DNA of 57,543 bases from NCBI GenBank assembly GCA_034664785.1, contig JAXDGY010000450.1, positions 1-57,543 on the forward strand, given 5' to 3'. Both the position numbers and the translations under genes were made by a program. Numbering within the stretch: position 1 is the first letter of the stretch; each line of letters opens with the position of its first letter. Below, one piece after another: positions 35,359 to 44,239 of this stretch. The notes under the pieces are model-generated. The model worked only from the letters and a program-made list of their open reading frames with translations. It was not told the DNA's origin and did not search any database. The DNA comes from Solirubrobacteraceae bacterium. Lineage in GTDB: Bacteria > Actinomycetota > Thermoleophilia > Solirubrobacterales > Solirubrobacteraceae.

Positions 35359-37072
35359 GTGAGATCGGCGAGGGAAGCACCGGTCGCAGCGTCGCCGTCG
35401 GTCCCCGTGGGCCGGCGGCTGCGGACCCCTCAGGAGCGGTTCCCCGGCAGGCTGGCCGTCGCGCTTCTCGCCGTCGCCTGCCTGCTGTTCGTCGGGATGA
35501 GCATCGTGCTGGGCTCGCGGCTGTCGTTCTTCAACGACGACTGGTACTTCCTCCTGCAGCGCCCGGGATGGTCGGCGGATGCGCTCTTCGCCCCGAACAA
35601 CGGGCATCTCAGCGTGCTGGACGTCGTCCTCTACAACAACCTCACCGCGGTCTTCGGCCTCGATCAGCAGTGGCCGTTTCGCCTGGTTCTCGGCCTGACC
35701 ATGGCGTCGCTCGGCGTCGTCGTCTACTTGTGGGTGGTCGATCGCGCGGGCCCGCTGCTCGCGCTCGCCGGGGCGACGCTCGTGCTGTTCCTCGGGGCGG
35801 CGTGGGAGGACCTGCTGTTCTTCGCGTCGATCAGCCTCATCGGCGCCCTGGCGGCGGGACTCGGTGGCCTGTACGCGTTGCGCGGGGCGACGCGGCGCGG
35901 CGACGTCGTCGCATGTGTGCTGCTGACCTGCTCGGTCGGCCTGTCGAACCTGGGGCTGACCTTCGGGGGTCGTTGCGGCGATCGCCCTCGCGATCGATCG
36001 GCGTCCGCGCGCGCTGTGGACGGTGGTCGTCCCGCTGACCGTGTTCGCGGTGTGGTGGGCGGCCTACGGGCACGACACGCCGTCGCACGTGACGCTGGCG
36101 AGCCTCGAGCACCTGCCGCGGTACATCCTGGACGCGGCCTCGATCGGGCTGGCGACGGTGACCGGGCTCAACCGCGGTGGCTCCGACGTGGTCCTGGCTC
36201 GCGGTCGCGTGCTCCTGCTCGTGGCCGGCTTGCTCGTCGCCGCATGGATGGTGCGCGGTGGCCGTGCGCCGCTCCGCGTGCTGGTGCCGCTCACCGCGCT
36301 GGTCGGGTTCTGGGTGTTGGCGGGCGCCGGCCAGCAGGAGGTCCGGGGGCCGACGGCGAGCCGGTATCAGCTCATCAACGCCGTCCTCATCATCCTGATC
36401 GCCGCGGAGCTGTTCCGGCCTGTCCGGCTCAACGCGATCGCGCTGACCGCGACAGGCGTCGTGTGGCTGGGATCGCTCGCCTCCAACATCGATCTCCTCC
36501 ACCACGGCTACTCGTTCATGCACGAGCAGGCCGACTACGCGCGCGTCGATCTCGGTGCCCTGGAGCTCGCCCGTGACCACGTCGACCCCGCCTTCCGCCT
36601 CACGGCCGCGGTCGCGCGGAACGACTTCCTCTTCAGGGTCAGCGCCGGGCCGTGGTTCAGGGAGACCGGCAGGCACGGGACTCCTGCCGTCGCGTCCGTC
36701 GACGACCTGCTGCACGCGCCGCCTGCGCAGCGGCAGGCCGCCGATTCGGTGCTCGCCGGTGCGGAGGCACTCAAGCTTCGCCCGGCCGCGGCGCCCAAGC
36801 CCGCCGGCGTCTGCGCACGTGAGGGCGGATCGCTCGGCGGCTCGGGTGCCAAGGAGGTGATCGTGCGTCGGGAAGCCATCCTCACGAACCCCGGCGACAC
36901 CGCGCTGATCTTGACGGTCCGGCGGTTTGCCGAACCGACGTCCGCGATACCGTTCGCGTTCCTCGCTCCCAGAGTGACGATGAGCCTCGCGGTTCCAGCC
37001 GACAAGGCACCCGGGCACCCCTGGCGCATCGCCGTGCGAGGGCCGGGGATCGCGAGCGTGTGCACCCGTTGA
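35359..37072 (+). pseudogene. Polytopic membrane protein (GT-C-like), split by a frameshift at a G5 run (35965-35969)
   Basis: N-half with FFNDDWYF and TM helices; deleting one G joins it to the 36023-37072 frame (LTFGVVAAIALAIDRRPRALWTVVV). Confidence 0.7.
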
Positions 37073-37236
37073 GCTGACCGCTCACGCCGGGCCGAGCGTC
37101 ACCGGCAGCCGCAAGGTGCTGCCGGCCTGGTCGCTTCGGATCTCGGGCTCGGCGCCGAGCAGCTCGGCGCGCTCGCGCATTCCCCGGAGTCGAGGTGCAG
37201 CGCCGGTCCCGGCCACGGCCGTCCGGGGCCCGGGCC

Positions 37237-37683
37237 TTACTGCTCCCACTGGTACGGGAGGAACTTGCCGTCCAGCGTGATCTGCACGCGCGGGCCGGCG
37301 TCGGTCTCGCGCCGCTCGATCGCGAGGTCGAAGGTGACCGCGCTCATGATCCCGTCGCCGAAGTCCTCGTGGATCAGCGCCTTCAGCGCGGGGCCGTACA
37401 GCTGCAGCACCTCGTAGAGGCGATAGATCGTGGGGTCGGCGGGCGGCAGGGCGCCGAACGAGCCCCGCGTCGGGACCTCCTCGAGCACGGCGGACGCCTC
37501 GGCCGGCAGCTCGAGCAGCGCGGTCACCGCCGCGGCCTGCTCGCGGCGGAGCGGATGCTGCCCGTGCAGCGCGGCGGTCAGCCAGACGCGGTCGGCGCCG
37601 ACCTGCTCCGCGATCTGCGTGAACGACAGGCCCTTGCGGCGCTTGGCGGCCAGGATCTGCGCGGTGACATCGGAGCGGTCCAT
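37237..37683 (-). CDS. cynS: Cyanase (cyanate hydratase)
   Basis: DPTIYRLYE, IHEDFGDGIMSA, ITLDGKFLPY. Confidence 0.96.
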   Translation of the reverse strand: MDRSDVTAQILAAKRRKGLSFTQIAEQVGADRVWLTAALHGQHPLRREQAAAVTALLELPAEASAVLEEVPTRGSFGALPPADPTIYRLYEVLQLYGPALKALIHEDFGDGIMSAVTFDLAIERRETDAGPRVQITLDGKFLPYQWEQ

Positions 37684-37684
37684 G

Positions 37685-38170
37685 TCAGCGTCTCCCTTCG
37701 TCGTGCGCGTCTGAGGCCTGCGCGCCGATCATCCACAGCTGCGTCTCCAGGGTGGCGACCACCGAGTGGAGCAGATCGGCGGTCGCCGGATCGCGGCCCT
37801 CGATGCGGCGGATGCGCGAGCGGATGAACTTGACGGCCTCGGTGACGATCACGCACAGCGACGCGACGAGCGCGCCGTCGGGCGGCTGCCCTGGTATGAG
37901 CGCGGGGAGCCGGCTCCTCGCCGCCACGGTGCGCGCCCGTCCGTCCGGGAAGCCCCCGAGCGCGGCGATCCGCTCGCCGACCGCGTCGGCGGCATCCCGC
38001 CATGCGTCGATCAGCTCGTCGAGCTCGAGGTGCAGGGAGCGGAGGCCGGGCCCGGCTGCGTTCCAGCGGGCGTGCTTGCCGATCAGCGAGAGGTCGATGA
38101 GCGTCACGAGGACGCGCTGGAGCTCGGTCTCGACCGCCTCGCGATCGATGCCGCCACAGCGAAGGACCAT
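37685..38170 (-). CDS. Dps/ferritin-like protein with an altered ferroxidase motif
   Basis: LIDLSLIGKHARWN...LHLELDE...DAVGERIAALG, DPATADLL, LWM. Confidence 0.8.
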   Translation of the reverse strand: MVLRCGGIDREAVETELQRVLVTLIDLSLIGKHARWNAAGPGLRSLHLELDELIDAWRDAADAVGERIAALGGFPDGRARTVAARSRLPALIPGQPPDGALVASLCVIVTEAVKFIRSRIRRIEGRDPATADLLHSVVATLETQLWMIGAQASDAHDEGRR

Positions 38171-38265
38171 GTCGTGACTCCTTGGATTCGAACGTCAGCG
38201 AGACCCTCGCTGACTGCTGAGCGAACGCCGACGGGAGCGGCGCCGCTCAGGAACATCGTCGGTCA

Positions 38266-38297
38266 TTGGAATTGCTCCAATTCCGGAACTACTCCAG
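38266..38297. promoter_or_regulatory. Operator-like repeat upstream of Dps-cynS
   Basis: Inverted repeat GGAATTG-ctc-CAATTCC plus direct repeat GGAAYTRCTCCA x2. Confidence 0.5.
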
Positions 38298-38400
38298 TTA
38301 AGCGCAGCCCTCCCCGGGATCCCAGCGGCCGCGGGTCGGGCAGGGCGGGCCGTTGGGCCAGTTGAAGACCTGGCCGGGGTGCGGGGCCGGGCGTGATACG

Positions 38401-38418
38401 GTTAACCCAATGGTGAAC
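38401..38418 (+). promoter_or_regulatory. Probable ArsR autoregulatory operator
   Basis: Imperfect palindrome GTTAACC-CAAT-GGTGAAC overlapping the start codon. Confidence 0.5.
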
Positions 38419-38724
38419 GATCCGTTCAAGGCGCTGTCGCACCCGATCCGCCGCGGCATCGTCGAGCGGCTCGCCGAAGGTCCGGCGACCGTCGGCGAGG
38501 CCACCGGTGGCTTCGGGGTGTCGAAGCCCGCGATCTCCAAGCACCTGAAGGTGCTCGAGGAGACCGGCGTCGTGAAGCGCGTGGTCGAGGGCCGGACGCA
38601 TCGGCTCTCGCTCGAGCCCGATGTGCTGAGCGTGGCCGCCGACTGGATGGATCGCCAGCGCGCCCTCTGGGGGCGTCTGTTCGATGTCGTCGACGAGTAC
38701 CTCAAGGAGACTGAATCGCAATGA
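38410..38724 (+). CDS. ArsR/SmtB-family regulator
   Basis: FKALSHPIRRGI, SKPAISKHLKVLE. Confidence 0.9.
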   Translation: MVNDPFKALSHPIRRGIVERLAEGPATVGEATGGFGVSKPAISKHLKVLEETGVVKRVVEGRTHRLSLEPDVLSVAADWMDRQRALWGRLFDVVDEYLKETESQ

Positions 38725-39452
38725 AGATGCCGCCGATCGTGTCGCCGCAGGCGTGGGACGCCGCGCGCGAGGACCTGCTGGTGAAGGAGAAGGAGTTGAC
38801 GCGCGCCCGAGACGCGCTGGCCGCAGAGCGCCGCCGCATGCCGAGGATGGCCGTGGAGAAGGAGTACCGCTTCGAGGGGCCGGACGGCCCGGCGAGCCTG
38901 CTCGACCTGTTCGCGGGGCGCCGCCAGCTGATCGTCTACCGCTTCTTCTTCGAGCCCGGCGTGGCCGGCTGGCCCGAGAGCGGCTGCCGCGGGTGCTCGT
39001 TCATGGCCGACCAGGTCGCTCATCTCGCGCACCTGAACGCGCGCGACACCACGCTGGTGCACGTATCGCGTGCGCCGCAGGCCGACATCGAGCGCTACCG
39101 GGCGCGGATGGGCTGGGAGATTCCCTGGTACACGATCACGGACGACTTCGACGCGGACTTCGGCGTGGGCGAGTGGCACGGCACCAACGCCTTCTTGCGC
39201 GACGGCGACGAGATCTTCCGGACCTACTTCGTCAACAGCCGCGGCGACGAAGCGCTGGGCACCGCCTGGAACTACCTGGACATCACGGCGCTCGGCCGCC
39301 AGGAGGACTGGGAGGACTCGCCCGACGGCTACCCGCAGACGCCGCCCTACGGGTGGTGGAACCTCCACGACGAGTACGGCGAGGCGACCGTCTTCGAGGC
39401 GGCCCTCTCGGACGCCGCCGCCTCGCAGCGCGGGTCGAGGTCGCGCTCGTGA
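38721..39452 (+). CDS. DUF899 thioredoxin-like protein
   Basis: KEKELTRARDALAAERRRMP, GCRGCS, LGRQEDWEDSP. Confidence 0.9.
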   Translation: MKMPPIVSPQAWDAAREDLLVKEKELTRARDALAAERRRMPRMAVEKEYRFEGPDGPASLLDLFAGRRQLIVYRFFFEPGVAGWPESGCRGCSFMADQVAHLAHLNARDTTLVHVSRAPQADIERYRARMGWEIPWYTITDDFDADFGVGEWHGTNAFLRDGDEIFRTYFVNSRGDEALGTAWNYLDITALGRQEDWEDSPDGYPQTPPYGWWNLHDEYGEATVFEAALSDAAASQRGSRSRS

Positions 39453-39580
39453 TCGCCCACGTGGGCGGCGTGCCGGTGGAGGAGATGCTGCCGGCGCTGG
39501 CCGGCACGAGCACCGGTCTGCTCATCGTGCGCGCGTGGCTGGTGGTGCGCGTCCGACGCCGCCGGGGGCCCGGGACATGA
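39449..39580 (+). CDS. 43-aa membrane peptide
   Basis: GTGA and ATGA overlaps on both sides; IAHVGGVPVEE plus a TM segment. Confidence 0.6.
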   Translation: MIAHVGGVPVEEMLPALAGTSTGLLIVRAWLVVRVRRRRGPGT

Positions 39581-40023
39581 CCGCCACGAGGACATTGCAC
39601 ATCGAGCGCACCTTCCAGGCGCCCGTCGAGGCCGTGTTCGACGCGTGGACCAGCGAGGAGGTGATCCGCCGCTGGTGGCAGGCCGAGCACGGCTGGGAGA
39701 CGACCGAGGCCGAGGTCGACCTGCGCGTGGGCGGCGTCATCCGGGTCGTGATGCGCGACCCGGACAAGGACGTCGAGCACGGCGGCGGCGGCGCCTACAC
39801 CGAGATCGAGCCGCCGACCCGCCTGGCGTTCACGTGGATCTGGGACGGCGACACGCGACGGACGCTCATCGAGATCGACTTCGAGGAGACCGACGGCGTC
39901 ACCACGGTCAGCTTCGCTCACCGCGGCCTGTGGGACGAGGAGGCCGTACGCTCGCACGAGGGCGGGTGGGGGAGGATCCTCGACAACCTCGGGCGGACGC
40001 TGCAGGAGACCAACCCACGGTGA
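39577..40023 (+). CDS. SRPBCC/AHSA1-family protein
   Basis: IERTFQAPVEAVFDAWT, DLRVGG, HEGGW. Confidence 0.9.
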   Translation: MTATRTLHIERTFQAPVEAVFDAWTSEEVIRRWWQAEHGWETTEAEVDLRVGGVIRVVMRDPDKDVEHGGGGAYTEIEPPTRLAFTWIWDGDTRRTLIEIDFEETDGVTTVSFAHRGLWDEEAVRSHEGGWGRILDNLGRTLQETNPR

Positions 40024-40053
40024 GCGCTCGTGGCGGAGCGCACGCGCCTCGGC

Positions 40054-40752
40054 TCACGGCACCCAGCGGTCCAGGGCGGGCGTGACCTGCAGCTCGTGCG
40101 TCATCGCGCGGGGGCTCTGCGCGGCCAGGTAGGCGACGGCGTCGGCCAGGCTGCCGGGGTCGGCCGAGCCGGCGTCGTCGCTCGCCGAGCGGTCGATCGT
40201 CGCGTCCACGATGAGCAGCGCGACGTGGATCCGCTGCTCGCGCAGCTCGAGCGCGGCGGCCTGCGTGAGCGCCCGGACGCCGAACGCCCCGGCCGCCCAC
40301 AGACCGCGGCCGGGCATCGCGCGCCGCGCCGACCCGCCCGTGACCTGGACGACCGTCGCGTCACCGCCCTGGTCGAGGAGGAAGCGGGCGGACGCGCTGA
40401 GGAAGGCGAAGGCCCCGCGCACCGGCATCGCGGACCAGTCGTCGAACCCGGTCGGCTCCGCCTCGGCCAGCGGGCCGCCGCCGAACGGCCCCGACCGCCC
40501 GCCACCGTACGGCGACGCGGCGTTGACCACGAGGTCGACGCGGCCGTGGGCCTCGGCGACGTGGCGCAGCGCCGACAGGACGGACCCCTGGTCGGTGACG
40601 TCGACCTCGAGCGCGTCGGCCCCGGCCGCCCGCACCTTGTCGAGGGTCTCCTTCGATCGCGCTCCCCCGGCCACCGACCATCCGTCGGTGAGCAGCCGCT
40701 CGATGACGGCGTACCCGAGGTTGCGGGCGCCGATGACCAGTGCCGCGGGCAT
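40054..40752 (-). CDS. Atypical SDR-family protein
   Basis: VIGARNLG, LVVNAA, IHVALLIVD, THELQV; no YxxxK. Confidence 0.8.
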   Translation of the reverse strand: MPAALVIGARNLGYAVIERLLTDGWSVAGGARSKETLDKVRAAGADALEVDVTDQGSVLSALRHVAEAHGRVDLVVNAASPYGGGRSGPFGGGPLAEAEPTGFDDWSAMPVRGAFAFLSASARFLLDQGGDATVVQVTGGSARRAMPGRGLWAAGAFGVRALTQAAALELREQRIHVALLIVDATIDRSASDDAGSADPGSLADAVAYLAAQSPRAMTHELQVTPALDRWVP

Positions 40753-40816
40753 CCGCCAACCGTACTCGCGGCGGCAGGGCGCCGCCGCCCGCGGTGCCGG
40801 GGAGCGCGGCCGAGTG

Positions 40817-41044
40817 TCAGGGGGCGAGCTGGCTTCCCGCCATCGTGGCCCCGCCGGAGACCTGCGTGTTGGTGTTCACGAACGTCGCCGGGGCGCTGGT
40901 GATGAACGTGGGCCCGGTGACCACGGCGGCGGGGACGGCGACGGGAACGGTCGTGTCGGCGCCCGCGGTCGAGACCGGGGCGGCGACGGCGATCGTGGCC
41001 AGCGTGGCCGCGAGCCCGACGAGACGGATGCTGGTGAGCTGCAT
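40817..41044 (-). CDS. Small secreted protein, paralog B
   Basis: Signal peptide STAGA-D; same 20-aa core as 34870-35160. Confidence 0.8.
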   Translation of the reverse strand: MQLTSIRLVGLAATLATIAVAAPVSTAGADTTVPVAVPAAVVTGPTFITSAPATFVNTNTQVSGGATMAGSQLAP

Positions 41045-41096
41045 GGCAGACCTGCCTTTCGATGGTGCGAGTGGGGTGAGCGTGGAGGGGCGTTGA

Positions 41097-41768
41097 CTAC
41101 TGAGCGAAGGGCGACGCGAGGATCGCCTCGCAGAAGTTGGGGCGCCGGTAGCCGGGCAGGGTGCGCTCCAGGACATCGGCCTTGACGTTGCCGAACGCGG
41201 TGTGCGGCCTGTGCGCCAGCCCGGCGCCGAAGGCCTCGATGATCTCCGCCTTGAAGTTCCGGCGCGGCAGCGCGCTGAGCACCGCGTCGCGTTCGGCGTC
41301 CGTGACGTCGTGGTAGCCGATCCCGAGTACGTCCAGCTCGACGCCGGCGGTGACCAGCGCGACCTCGGGCTCCTTGTGCTGCGGGATGCCCGGAGTGGTG
41401 TGCAGCGCGATCGCGTCCCACACGATGCGGACGTCCTCTGAGGGGATGCCGTGTTGCTGCAGGAAGTCGCGTGCGGCGTTCGCGCCGTCGACCTCGAAGC
41501 GATCGCCGGCGGATCGATGGCCTTCGACGAGCCCGACGTCGTGGAACATCGCGCCCACGTAGAGCAGCTCGGGGTCGAACGCGAGCTCGAGGCGGCGGCC
41601 CTGGAGCGAGCCGAAGATGAACACGCGCAGGGAGTGGTGGTAGAGCAGGTCGGACTCGACGTCGCGGACGAACGCGGTCGCGTCCTTCGCGAGCGCGCTG
41701 TCGGGAATCGCGATCCCGGCGATGCCGGCCTGCCTCGTGGTGGATGGATTGATCGTGGATGGGTTCAT
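41097..41768 (-). CDS. HD-domain metal-dependent hydrolase (cyanamide hydratase-like family)
   Basis: IPDSAL, HSLRV, FHDVGL, RFEVDGA, WDAIALHTTPGI. Confidence 0.88.
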   Translation of the reverse strand: MNPSTINPSTTRQAGIAGIAIPDSALAKDATAFVRDVESDLLYHHSLRVFIFGSLQGRRLELAFDPELLYVGAMFHDVGLVEGHRSAGDRFEVDGANAARDFLQQHGIPSEDVRIVWDAIALHTTPGIPQHKEPEVALVTAGVELDVLGIGYHDVTDAERDAVLSALPRRNFKAEIIEAFGAGLAHRPHTAFGNVKADVLERTLPGYRRPNFCEAILASPFAQ

Positions 41769-41843
41769 GCCACGAGTGTCGAACAGCCCAAGAGTGGCCA
41801 CAAGGACATCCAGCCCTCGGATCCGGCCACATATGCTGGAGCC

Positions 41844-42821
41844 ATGGCGTCCCGCTCGAGCACGATCGTGATCCTGGCCTACGAGGGCGTGCAGCTCCTC
41901 GACGTCACCGGTCCGATCGAGGTGTTCGAGGCGGCCCGCGAGCGCGGAGCGGACTACCGCGTGCTCGTGGCGTCGCCCGACGGGAGCGACATCCTCGCGG
42001 GCAGCCGGACGCGCCTCGGCGCCGACGTCGCCTTCGCCGAGCTGCCGCGGCGCATCGACACGCTTGTCGTCCCCGGCGCGCCCGACTGGCGCGCGATCGC
42101 CGGCGACCCTGGGCTCGTCGCGACCGTCGTCGACGCGGCGCGCCGCAGCCGCCGGACCGCGTCGGTGTGCGCCGGCGCGTTCGTGCTCGCCGCGGCCGGG
42201 CTGCTCGACGGCCGCCGCGCCACCACGCACTGGGAGCTCGCCACGGACCTCGCACGCAACTACCCGCAGATCAGGGTCGACGCCGATGCGATCTTCCTCG
42301 CCGACGGTCCGATCCACACCTCCGCGGGCGTCACCTCCGGGATCGACCTCTGCCTGGCGCTCGTCGAGGCCGACCACGGCGCGGAGCTGGCGCGCGATGT
42401 CGCGCGCCACCTCGTCGTCTTCATGCAGCGGCCCGGCGGGCAGGCGCAGTTCAGCGTCCGCCTCGATCTGGCCACCACGGCGCAGAGCCCGCTGCGCCAC
42501 GTGATCGACGACGTCGTGCGCGACCCGACGGCCGATCACTCGCTCGAGGCGCTGAGCGAGCGCGCCGGGTTCAGCGTCCGCCACCTCACGCGCGTGTTCC
42601 AGCGCGAAGTGGGCGTCACGCCCGGCCGGTTCGTCGAATCCGTCCGCGTCGAAGCCGCCAAGGCGCGCCTGCAACGCAGCGACGAGCCGCTCGCGACGAT
42701 CGCGCGCGCCAGCGGCTTCGGCTCCGACGAGACGATGCGCCGTGCGTTCTGGCGCGAGCTCTCGGCGACGCCCGCGGCCTACCGCGAGCGCTTCCGCACC
42801 ACGGGTGCGGCGGTCGGCTGA
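41844..42821 (+). CDS. GlxA-type AraC regulator (DJ-1/PfpI + HTH)
   Basis: SVCAGAF, ATTHW, TSAGVTSGID, RPGGQAQFS. Confidence 0.92.
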   Translation: MASRSSTIVILAYEGVQLLDVTGPIEVFEAARERGADYRVLVASPDGSDILAGSRTRLGADVAFAELPRRIDTLVVPGAPDWRAIAGDPGLVATVVDAARRSRRTASVCAGAFVLAAAGLLDGRRATTHWELATDLARNYPQIRVDADAIFLADGPIHTSAGVTSGIDLCLALVEADHGAELARDVARHLVVFMQRPGGQAQFSVRLDLATTAQSPLRHVIDDVVRDPTADHSLEALSERAGFSVRHLTRVFQREVGVTPGRFVESVRVEAAKARLQRSDEPLATIARASGFGSDETMRRAFWRELSATPAAYRERFRTTGAAVG

Positions 42822-43025
42822 GGCACGCCGGGGACCGGCGCTGCGTGTGGGCTCGCGCACACTGGACTGCTACTCCGACATCGCGAGGGTTGGCCCGCCG
42901 ACATCCGGGCAGTCACGTACGGCGGTCGCACCGGACAGTCCGCTTCCGCCTACCTCGCGAAGGATCGAGCGACCGCCGGTCGGTCGCTGCATCGGTCGAT
43001 TCGCCTTGCTACCAGGAGTTGCCTC

Positions 43026-43334
43026 ATGAGTACCGAGACCACCCGCCCGCCGGGCGCCACCGCCGTCCGCGGCCACGACGACCACGGCACCGCCCGCCGT
43101 CTGAGCACCGAGACCAAGCACTCGTCCAAGACGTCTGAGCTCTACGCCTACGCCGCGGCCACCGTCGGCGTGCTGGTCGCCGGGCTGGTGACCAAGGGCG
43201 GCGACGGCGCCGACGATCGCCTGACGGCCGACCAGGTCTGGCTGTTCGTGGCCATCCTGACCATCGGGTACATGCTGAGCCGCGGCCTGGCCAAGTCCGG
43301 CGTGCGCGACCCGTACACGAGCGACGACCGCTAG
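43026..43334 (+). CDS. Hypothetical two-TM protein
   Basis: SD AGGAG; ETKHSSKTSE...GYMLSRGLAKSG. Confidence 0.7.
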   Translation: MSTETTRPPGATAVRGHDDHGTARRLSTETKHSSKTSELYAYAAATVGVLVAGLVTKGGDGADDRLTADQVWLFVAILTIGYMLSRGLAKSGVRDPYTSDDR

Positions 43335-43546
43335 GTGAGGTGACTGCTCGCTGGACCCGCACGCGGCGCGGCGGGCGGGTCGCCGTCAGCGGCTGCTGCC
43401 TGCCGCTCGCGCTCGCGCCCGTCGCGGTGCCGCCCTCGCGATCGGCGTGCTGGGACGGGGGGCGCCGGGGCTGAGGGCCGGCCCGGTCGAGCTCGGCGGG
43501 GCGCGGGGCGCACCTTGCCGCAGCCCGGCGCCCCATGCGGCCGCCC

Positions 43547-44056
43547 CTAGGCGGCCCCGTTCGCCGGCGCCGTGGTCTCCCTGGCCTCACCTTCGATCTC
43601 CCCGGCCGGGTCCGAGACGCTGATGCTCACGCGGCGCGGCTTGCGCTGCTCGGGCTTGGGGATGCGGATCTCCAGGACGCCCTTCTGGAACGACGCGGCG
43701 ATCGCGTCGGCGTCGACCCCGTCGGGCAGGGTGAGCGTGCGGCTGAAGGCGCCCGTGGGCCGCTCGAGCCGGAAGAACCCGGTGCCGGACTGCTCGTGCT
43801 CGGGCGCGCGCTCCCCGGCGACCGTGAGGACGTCGTCCTGGAGCTCGATGGAGATGTCGCCCTCGTCGAGGCCGGGGAGGTCGGCCCGGAGGACGAAGTG
43901 CTCCTCGTGCTCGACGAGGTCCATGGCCGGCACCCAGCGCCGAGACGGGGTGCCGTTGCCGCCGGTCGGCGCGTCGAAGAACGTGTTGAAGAGCCGGTTC
44001 ATCTCGGACTGCAGGGAGTTGAGCTCACGGACGGGCTCCCAGCGGACGACTGCCAT
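43547..44056 (-). CDS. Hsp20/alpha-crystallin small heat shock protein
   Basis: WVPAMDLVE, ADLPG, FSRTLTLP, GVLEIRIPK. Confidence 0.95.
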   Translation of the reverse strand: MAVVRWEPVRELNSLQSEMNRLFNTFFDAPTGGNGTPSRRWVPAMDLVEHEEHFVLRADLPGLDEGDISIELQDDVLTVAGERAPEHEQSGTGFFRLERPTGAFSRTLTLPDGVDADAIAASFQKGVLEIRIPKPEQRKPRRVSISVSDPAGEIEGEARETTAPANGAA

Positions 44057-44105
44057 CTGCGTGCCTCCTTCGGTGCGGAAAAGGTCTGGCTGTGGTGCGG
44101 TCCGC

Positions 44106-44135
44106 AGTATAAAACCTCAGTCTTTGAACATCAAG
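44106..44135 (-). promoter_or_regulatory. Housekeeping-sigma promoter of hsp20 overlapped by a HAIR-like (HspR) operator
   Basis: TTGATG-N17-TATACT; CTTGATG-N7-ACTGAGG compared with HAIR CTTGAGT-N7-ACTCAAG. Confidence 0.7.
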
Positions 44136-44239
44136 TTTCTTCGCGGGTTGAGGTGGAGGCGCTCTCCCGGCGGCTGACGGAGCCGCGCGACGGCCGCCAG
44201 GCGGGACGAGCCGCCGGGACGACACGGCGGCGTGGGCTG

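Noticed and set aside
39556-39580. RRRRGPGT end of the 43-aa peptide as another arrest motif
   Set aside because: Not R(A/G)PP, and the next gene is ATGA-coupled with no spacer to regulate
41073-41090. CCCCTC-cac-GCTCACCCC on the - strand, resembling the tRNA-His 3' end (possible attR)
   Set aside because: Inverted orientation, a 3-nt insertion, short and low complexity, and no integrase nearby
41739-41768. NPST-I-NPST-T repeat at the HD protein N-terminus
   Set aside because: Small local duplication in a variable N-terminal tail
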